A stretch of DNA of 44,850 bases, from the NCBI RefSeq assembly GCF_001194135.2, contig NC_068982.1, positions 158,493,461 to 158,538,310 of the forward strand, read 5' to 3'. Below the pieces are notes generated by a model. The model was not told where the DNA came from. It did no database searches and was given only the letters and a program-made list of their open reading frames with translations. This DNA comes from Octopus bimaculoides. Lineage: Eukaryota. Shown here in pieces: positions 36,588 to 44,850 of this stretch (position 1 is the stretch's first letter; each line of letters starts with the position of its first letter). The position numbers and the translations under genes are program-made.

Positions 36588-37119
36588 CCGCCACGAACAC
36601 CAAAATTCTATTTTGTTTTATACTTCCATATGTTGAGTTAGAAGCTTTGTCACTATCACGAGGGAAATAAACAGCATTTATAAGCAACTTTTCATCTACT
36701 TACCTGTTAATCATAAAATCTATATAGCATGATGTTTGCCCTATTGGTAGTTAACAAAGTCTCTGCTTGATTTGCTGGAGTTGGTATTGCAAATGTTCAA
36801 GAAATAAGAATCATTGAATATAAAGAGCAGAGAATTCTCTTAATTTCTTTTCGAAAATATATCGTTTGCATGTACATCATGACATCGTTCCCTCAATAAT
36901 TACAAGTTAGTTTGCATGAGTTGCTTCTATTCAACACCAATTGTGACTTGTAGGTTAAAGATTTGTCGTAGTCGCATTCTTCAAAACAAATCGAACTAAA
37001 TTATGACATTCATAAACTAAATTAATATTGGTTTCAAATATTAGCACATGACCAGCAATTTCGGCGTAAGGAGTATGTCGCTTATATCTGGTACTTATTC
37101 TTTAGACATCCAAGGATGT

Positions 37120-37940
37120 AAGTCAGATTCATAGCCATCTTATTTCACTGTCTGTCTTATCTTCAACATCTCTATGAAATTATCCATGCATTCTTTTCTT
37201 TATCCACCTATTTTCATTTGCATTCATTTTCAAGTGCTTGTAAGTGCTTTTTTTTATCTTTGTAATATTCCATCCTACACAATCCTGACGTTCTTACTTC
37301 CAATAATATTGGTTCTGTGATATTTTTTATATACCATGCTACGTTATTTTCTTCTGCCCTAATGCTGTCTTCGCATCCAATCAGTCGTCTTACCCTTTTC
37401 TTTCTTGCTGCACACAGTGTCCTTCTGTCTCAGGTGTATAGTTCGCTTGCTGTCCATGCAATTACACCTGCTCCATATCTATACAGTGAAACCGTCCAGG
37501 TGTTGATAGCTTCAATCTTATTCCGTCCGTTTAATTTCGACTTACCGATCAGACTCAGTCGGCGCAATAACTCCGCCTTAAATTTTTCTGTCATTTCTTT
37601 CTCCATCAGTTTATACATTTCCAGTATTTCCAAGTACTTATAGCCCGTCTCTTCTATCTGCTTCATAACCTCCCCTGACGGTATCGGTAGTCGGTCTATA
37701 CATTTGTCTTCAAGACGAACACACCACAGTTTTTCAGTCCAAACTCCATTCTGACATCAACACTGAAAGTATAAACCGTATCAACGTGGGAACTCACTTG
37801 GCGTTCATCTTTACCATAATGTCTGAGGTCAACCATGAATAATAAATGGTTGACTTTTTTGTTGGCGGATCTCGAATACATAACCAGCATTTCCTTTCCT
37901 CAGAATCAGTGTTAGTGTTATCATGCACAGTACAAAGATC
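37120..37940 (-). mobile_element. R4/Dong-type (restriction-like-endonuclease clade) non-LTR retrotransposon RT fragment
   Basis: FVLCMITLTLILRKGNAGY, VNHLLFMVDLRHYGK...FSVDVRMEFGLKNC, YKYLEILE...RRLSLIGKSKLNGRNKIEAINTWTVSLYRYGAGVIAW and WIKKRMHG*FHRD are characteristic of R4/Dong-like RTs. Confidence 0.88.
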
Positions 37941-37966
37941 AGTGATCAGTGATCACCAACCTCATT

Positions 37967-37967
37967 G

Positions 37968-38024
<57 letters not shown>

Positions 38025-38178
38025 TTAATTTTTCCGGTTGTTTTTGTTGCTGTTGTTGTTGTTGTTGTTGCTGTTGTTGTTGTTGTTGTTCTTCTTCTTC
38101 TTCTTCTTCTTCTTCTTCTTCTTCTTCTTCTTCCTTCTTCTTCTTCTTCTTTTCTTCTTCTTCTTCTCTTCTTCTTCT
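37967..38178. repeat. Compound trinucleotide array (ATT)n-(GTT)n-(CTT)n running into a gap
   Basis: Seen directly; accounts for the homopolymeric ORFs in the track. Confidence 0.97.
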
Positions 38179-38747
38179 NNNNNNNNNNNNNNNNNNNNNN
38201 NNNNNNNNNNNNNNNNNNNNNNNNNNNNNNNNNNNNNNNNNNNNNNNNNNNNNNNNNNNNNNNNNNNNNNNNNNNNNNNNNNNNNNNNNNNNNNNNNNNN
38301 NNNNNNNNNNNNNNNNNNNNNNNNNNNNNNNNNNNNNNNNNNNNNNNNNNNNNNNNNNNNNNNNNNNNNNNNNNNNNNNNNNNNNNNNNNNNNNNNNNNN
38401 NNNNNNNNNNNNNNNNNNNNNNNNNNNNNNNNNNNNNNNNNNNNNNNNNNNNNNNNNNNNNNNNNNNNNNNNNNNNNNNNNNNNNNNNNNNNNNNNNNNN
38501 NNNNNNNNNNNNNNNNNNNNNNNNNNNNNNNNNNNNNNNNNNNNNNNNNNNNNNNNNNNNNNNNNNNNNNNNNNNNNNNNNNNNNNNNNNNNNNNNNNNN
38601 NNNNNNNNNNNNNNGGTGCACAGCTGTAAAATAAGGATATTATGTTCAAAAGGTTTTGTGCAGTCTTGAAATTTTAGCAAAATTATTTCCGACAAATATT
38701 TCACTCACACACACGCACACACACACACATACAAACACACACACACA

Positions 38748-38792
<45 letters not shown>

Positions 38793-39605
38793 CATGCATG
38801 TATATATATATATATAGAGAGAGAGAGAGGGAGCGAGATAGATATATATATATGTTTGTACAAAAATACGTATATGTATACATGTGTGCGTGTGTGTCTG
38901 TGTGTGTATATCTGTTTGTATATGCATGTGTTTGTCTTCATGTATGTGTGTATATGTGTGTATGTCGGTTTGCACGAACGTATACCTGGAATATATTCGC
39001 AAATTAATTATATTTCTGCACAATGTTAACCGAATACCTATCATAAGGGACTCCATATGGATTCGAGAACACACCATATTTTCCTTCTAATCCTCGAGAC
39101 AAAGAACGCACGCACATCCATACACACTCATAAACACACACATGCGCACGCATACACACAAACACACAGACACATACGTATGTGTGTGCGTGTGTATGTT
39201 TGCTTATATATGTATTTCTATATTTGTATGTATTGTGTCTGTAAGTTTAATTCCGGTATGTTACAAAGAAAAGATAACCGAAATAAAATATAATTAATAA
39301 GCAAATTGCCTTTAAAGGTTTCAAATGTTTTAAAATTATACAACATTGATAACGCAATTTTTTCTAGCTTGGCCATTCATGGAAAAATTCCAGTGCTTAT
39401 AATTGGCTATAATCCCAGTAGGGGTAGATAATAAAAACATCAAAGTATTTGCAGCCATTAAAATATTGATTTTATGACTATAATTTGCGTCATAAACACA
39501 TTGTCAAAGAGAAACGAATTTGAATATAATGTTATCTAGAAATAAATGCACTTAAGCTATTTTTTAAATCAATGCAATACATGTATGTGTAAATGTTCTC
39601 TTTTA

Positions 39606-39644
<39 letters not shown>

Positions 39645-40527
39645 GTATGTGTGTACCTTAGCTATATATAACGAAGCTGTAACGTGATTAGCAATCATCA
39701 CGACAATAATAGTCAATAACAGAAAGAACTCTGAGCCCAACAATGCTATATGATTTCCTACCTTTGCTTTTGTGTGTGTGTGCGTGCGTGCGTGCGTGTG
39801 TGTGTATGTATGTGTGTGTGTGTGTGTGTGCGTGCGTGTGTTTGTGTGTGAGAGAGAGAGAGAGAGAGAGACTGTGTGACTATGTGTGTGTGATGGGGTA
39901 TTTCATAATAATTAAGTCTGAAAAAAGAATGCTAAATGAATAAATTTCAATTATATAAACGTGTGCACATATATGTGTATATATGTGTGTGTGTGTGTTT
40001 GTATGTGTGCAAGGGAGAGAGAAGCGCAATATACAACATAGAATAATATTTCTTCACTCGTAGTTGAATGTTCACACCGTTCCTACTCCAATTTTCTCTC
40101 TTTCAATTATAAGTTCAGTTGACATGACGATAGAAGTAATTATATGAAAAAAGCTATTGACGCGTCCGTATTCTTGAATCTCCCTCAGTTATCTTCGATG
40201 AGTAAGCATTGCCTTTTCTAGAAGTAGAATTATGTTTCAGTAATATGTGACCGTGTAATGACAGTGGTTGTATTTGCAATGAAATGTTCGCTTAAATTAT
40301 TGTTTATGCAATATAAGAAGAATAACAAATATGGTACACATGCGTAATAAAATATACTATAAATGCAGAAATAAGCATGTATGTGAAGCGATCTGTCTGC
40401 GCGTTTAGATATTCGAAACGTATACATTGCGGTAAATATGCTGGTTCTCTGCACTATGAATTGCAGTACCACCGAAATTATATTTGTTTCATCTCCTTTT
40501 ATTCCATCCTCTCTCATGCTCTCTCAT

Positions 40528-40581
<54 letters not shown>

Positions 40582-40777
40582 ATCTATCTATTTATCTATC
40601 TATCTATCTGTCTGTCTAACTATCTCCCCCGTTCTTATAATGGGCTCATTATGAGAATGCGGGACATATTCCGTTGTCCAGAAAGAAAAAGGGTTTAAGC
40701 CAAAGACTAGGAGACTGTACAGAAAAGACTAGCACAACGGATAGGCTAATAAAGCCGTCAACCGATGATCCAGTGTA

Positions 40778-40977
40778 CATGATATCAGGAAACTAAATGA
40801 AAAATCGCATTTTAAGTGAAGAACAATTGATGTAGGTATACATCGGTTACTATGTCCAGTGCAGTTGAAAATATATGCATGATATCAGGAAACTGAAAGT
40901 AAAATCGAATTTTAAGTGAAGAACAATTGATGTAGGTATACATCAGTTGCTATGTCCAGTGCAGTTGATAATGTGTA
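40778..40977. repeat. Two-copy 100-bp tandem duplication
   Basis: catgatatcaggaaact...ttttaagtgaagaacaattgatgtaggtatacatc...ctatgtccagtgcagttga begins at 40778 and again at 40878. Confidence 0.95.
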
Positions 40978-41139
40978 CAGTCTGGTAGTAACTGAAATGG
41001 TTGTTTTAGAAAGTTATTTACAATGCAACTATTTGATGTCACATTCTGAAAAAGTTCTTCACCATAACAACAATTGGTGATGAAAAATAAGTTGAATAAC
41101 TAGATTTGAGGTACAATTTTGTGCACCACATGCCCATAC

Positions 41140-41460
41140 GTTGTGTAAGAAAACCTATATAATTGGTGATACTTTGTACAAATCTAGAGCTTTTTTGATC
41201 CTTCTGTGAGGGACACTATCGAATGCCTTGTGGTAATCTATCCAAGCAGTACATTGATTAGAGCTTTTAGAGAAGTCCTCAAGTATTATTCGGTTAAACA
41301 CAAGTTGATTTTTGCAGCCATAGGAATTCCAGTGCAGTGATTTTGCTCTAAAGGCAGAATGTCGTGTTAGTCAAGAATTTAGTATGTGCGTTCCGATAGT
41401 CGGTAAAATGGTCAGAATGAGGGAAAACATACTTTTGCGGGAATAAATTGTGTCCGTTTG
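41140..41460 (-). mobile_element. R4/Dong-type RT fragment (N-terminal RT subdomains)
   Basis: A minus frame gives NSYGCKNQLVFNRIILED...TAWIDYHKAFDSVPHRRIKKALDLYKVSPII, matching GCKDQLLI and WIDYKKAFDSVPHSWI. Confidence 0.9.
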
Positions 41461-42989
41461 TCTTGTATATTTAGAGGGACATTATGACAGTAAAAAAGAA
41501 AGCACGCACTCTTTCGCTTCTTTGTGAGTTACTAGCAAAACGCTTAACTAAGTAGTTAATCGATTATTGATCTCGTTAACCATTCAACCAATTAATGAAA
41601 TGATCAATTAACTCATCATGGATGAGGTCACACATGGTGATGAAAGGACTCTAACGAGCTGAGCACATGGATTGATTGATTGACCATGCGAAACGAATAA
41701 TCAAGCAGTCGATTAGTCAATTGGGTGAGAGTTTTATTAGTTCAATAATAATGATTACAAATTGGAATAGAATAAATGCCTGCATTTATTATTGGTATAA
41801 TGACAATCCCGAAAAAACAAGATCTGTTTCAACAAACGATTTTACATCAACAATTTTTAGAGCAAACACGAGGACCAACTATATATAATACAATATTACA
41901 TGACGATATTTTGCAGTTCTTTTGGGCAATAATTTTCTGTTCTAAGACAGCGATATTTTTCTTTATTTTTTCCTTGGGCTGATTCATCTGACTTTGACCA
42001 TGTGTTTAATATTTTTGTTAATGATGTTTTGTTGCTCAATCCTGAAAATGGTTTATACTGTTACTTGCTCATCTCCCTCGCAACTGTATGTCGTAATAAT
42101 ATGTTTTACATTCGTTTCATTACTACGTTAGAATCTGCCTTGCTTGTATCCTTCTTTGAAGGTGATCTTAGTAATTCTATTTTTACATGGTATAACTTTG
42201 CTCTCCTACTGTAGACGTTCTAAAACAAGTGAATTGTTTGTGTAGACAAATACCTTCTACTGAAAAAATTTAACTTTCATTTTATATTTGCAGCATTTCG
42301 CATATGTGATGTATTGGGCAATTCACTGGTGTAATCTAGAGGAAGTCATTATCTTCATTAGATTCTGTTTTCAACATCCAAATGCATCATCTGGCAGCTG
42401 CCGATATTACACTTGTATAGTTAAACTACAACAGCTCAATTATTTATACCCAATAACTTATCTTTTGTATTTATCGCAGTTTTAAGTATTTACGCGTTGC
42501 CACTATGATATACCTTGCATAGTATTTCTTTCAATCGTGGGTGTTGTGCGCTGACGAATTTATTTATTCCTCAGTATTTGTATGTGAGGATAATTTTATG
42601 ACTGTTTTTTTTTTTTTTTTAGCGAACAGTTTGTGAGATGCTTTAAAAAGTAAATTTCACTTGATGAATTTTGGGAAACCGAATTCTACGCTAATTTAAA
42701 GTGTGTACTTGTATACATATATAACATAATATATATTTTTGTTTGAAATGTAGAAATTAGCCTATTGATGAAAGTTAATTACAATGAGAAAAAAGTATTT
42801 GAATATATTAGCATCCTTGACACAGACATCAGCATGTACCAATAGTTACCAAGATAACAGTTATCTTTTTTATTTGAATATATAAATCCACTTTTTGTTA
42901 ATTGATGTAATATTTTATTTATTTGCTTCATATTTCTATTTCTGATTGATAGAAGGTTCACTATAGTCGATGTGTACACATATGTGTAT

Positions 42990-43165
42990 ATGGGTATGCT
43001 ATCAGTTAGGGTATTCAACACAAAATTGTAAGTCGTTAGTTCGATACCCGATGGCATGTGATTTAACTAAGCTGGCAAAAAAAAAGAGTAGTACCTGTAT
43101 TGTAAAGGGCCAATGTTGTCACATCCTCGGTCACTCTGAATCACCCTGAGAACTATGTTAGCAGA
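42990..43165 (+). mobile_element. Decayed SINE-like repeat
   Basis: A B-box-like gttcgatacc is followed by agtagtacctgtattgtaaagggcc...ttgtcaca...ctgaatcaccctgagaacta, a block I recognise from octopus repeats. Confidence 0.5.
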
Positions 43166-43335
43166 GTTTCACCAAAAATGAAAACAATATATGTCATTAA
43201 ATATGACACTGCTAAAAATAAGGACTAAAGTGCTGTATTGCTGCTGCTAACGCACAGATATTTGTATACGCATATGACGGCAGCGACCGTATATGGACGG
43301 AAATTGGAGATTGATACGGTTTCACACATATACAT

Positions 43336-43397
<62 letters not shown>

Positions 43398-43476
43398 ACA
43401 CATCCGTGTGCGTATTCTTGTATATGTATATATTTATGGGATTTTGTATGGCTATATGTGCGTATGTGTAAATGAG

Positions 43477-43518
<42 letters not shown>

Positions 43519-43561
43519 NNNNNNNNNNNNNNNNNNNNNNNNNNNNNNNNNNNNNNNNNNN

Positions 43562-43620
<59 letters not shown>

Positions 43621-44122
43621 ATGTATGTATGTATATATAAATATAAAAATGCAACAAAAACGCAATAGAGGACAATTAAACATTCGGACAGAAAAAAAAT
43701 CAGAGACGAAGGGAAAGGTACAAGGGAGATAAACGAGGAGGAAAAGAGCGAGTTAAAGCAGGGGCCAAGAAATGTGAGAGAGGGAGGGGTAGTGAGAAGA
43801 AGAAAAAGAGGAAGAATGTATGAGTGGGAATAAAAGATCGAGTAAGGGTCGTACAAAATTTAGATACATATCTACTCTAAAGTGAACACAAGTGCGACGC
43901 TATGTGTATACATAAATATAAAAAATGGAACAACAACGCAGTAGAGGAAATAAAACATTCGGACACATAGACTATACAAAGGCGGACAAGTGACACAAAA
44001 ATTAGGACAGGAAATCAAAGACGGGTCATTCGTAGCCTTCTTTCATCAGTCAAGTATACCAGAAGTCCTTACTGTATCGGGGAGTTACGCTAGAGACAGC
44101 TCGATCTCGTTACATATAAATA

Positions 44123-44186
<64 letters not shown>

Positions 44187-44850
44187 CATAGATATATCTG
44201 TGTGTGTATATATATATCTGTAAATGAGTGTGTGTATTTATTTATAAATATGTACGTATATTATGTGTGAGAAATAAATGTGAATGTTTGCGACCATGAT
44301 GATAAGTAGTGTTGCTACCAGTTACAAATGTTATTTTCAATGCTTTATAGAACCATTTCATACCAAAATGACCACACCAAACAATACCATTTCTTTATTC
44401 CTAACCTACTTTATTCTCCTCAAACAGCCAGCTTTTTTGTGTGTGTATGTATATATGAATATATGTCAATGAATGCATGCATATGCATCTTTATGTTCCC
44501 CAGTGTGTTTGTATTTGTAAGTTCCTATGTCTTTGTGTGTACGTGTTTATGTGTGTTTCTGTATGTGTGTGTACGTCTAAATATATATGTTTATGCCTAA
44601 GTATATGTATTTGTGTAAGCGTGTTTGCGTAGGAGGGGGTTGTTAGTGTTGCTATGTATGTGTGCATGTTTATAATTAAACACGCCCTATTCAAACAGTG
44701 AATAACAAATTCTAAAATGTCAATTTGAAAACCGCTTTTAAGCGAGAAACTCCTATAAGAGTCAAGTTCTGAAATCTTATAAACATCTAAATATTAAAGT
44801 GGCAAAATCATCACTCACAAAAGCCATTTCTATTCATTCCTCATATACAT

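Larger units (their letters stand above)
730..43561. other. Nine assembly gaps (N): 730-799, 4847-5188, 7953-8135, 9952-9961, 14586-15267, 22931-23258, 27688-28157, 38179-38614, 43519-43561
   Basis: N runs are visible directly; most abut (TA)n, (CA)n or (CTT)n tracts. Confidence 0.98.

Noticed and set aside
23311-38025. Idea that the (ATT)-flanked SINE is the partner of the R4/Dong element
   Set aside because: Relative to element sense, the flanking repeats are in opposite orientation (ATT vs AAT), and I see no shared 3' tail.
826-44694. Dozens of track ORFs rich in CV/HT/YI or X
   Set aside because: They are translations of (CA)n, (TA)n and (TATG)n microsatellites or N-gaps, not genes.
1-44850. 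CRISPR arrays, rRNA or bona fide tRNA genes
   Set aside because: None seen; the tRNA-like boxes all belong to SINE heads.

Overview
AT-rich, microsatellite-dense eukaryotic scaffold with nine N-gaps, most flanked by simple repeats. Its SINE families are ones I recognise from octopus genomes, so an octopod source is inferred, not proven. I cannot identify a host protein-coding gene with confidence: almost every ORF in the track is a translated microsatellite or gap. Recognisable content is transposon-derived. It includes several tRNA-derived SINEs, a mariner transposase remnant (16220-16660), a long decayed CR1/L2-type LINE ORF2 (28915-31570, minus), a second CR1 3' fragment, two R4/Dong-type RT fragments and other LINE remnants. 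The most unusual signal is two unrelated ~340-360 bp repeat units (1861-2600 and 19400-19955) with the same architecture: inverted partial copy + 5'-truncated copy + full copy. Each carries a degenerate type I hammerhead-ribozyme motif. A third hammerhead-like motif (26232-26273) sits beside a decayed reading frame resembling a Penelope-like element (PLE). Together these suggest a retrozyme/PLE pseudo-LTR system in this genome. Also present are a ~94-nt pre-miRNA-like hairpin, a perfect 80-bp palindrome and two promoter-like motif clusters. All alignments and translations were done by eye; boundaries are approximate.
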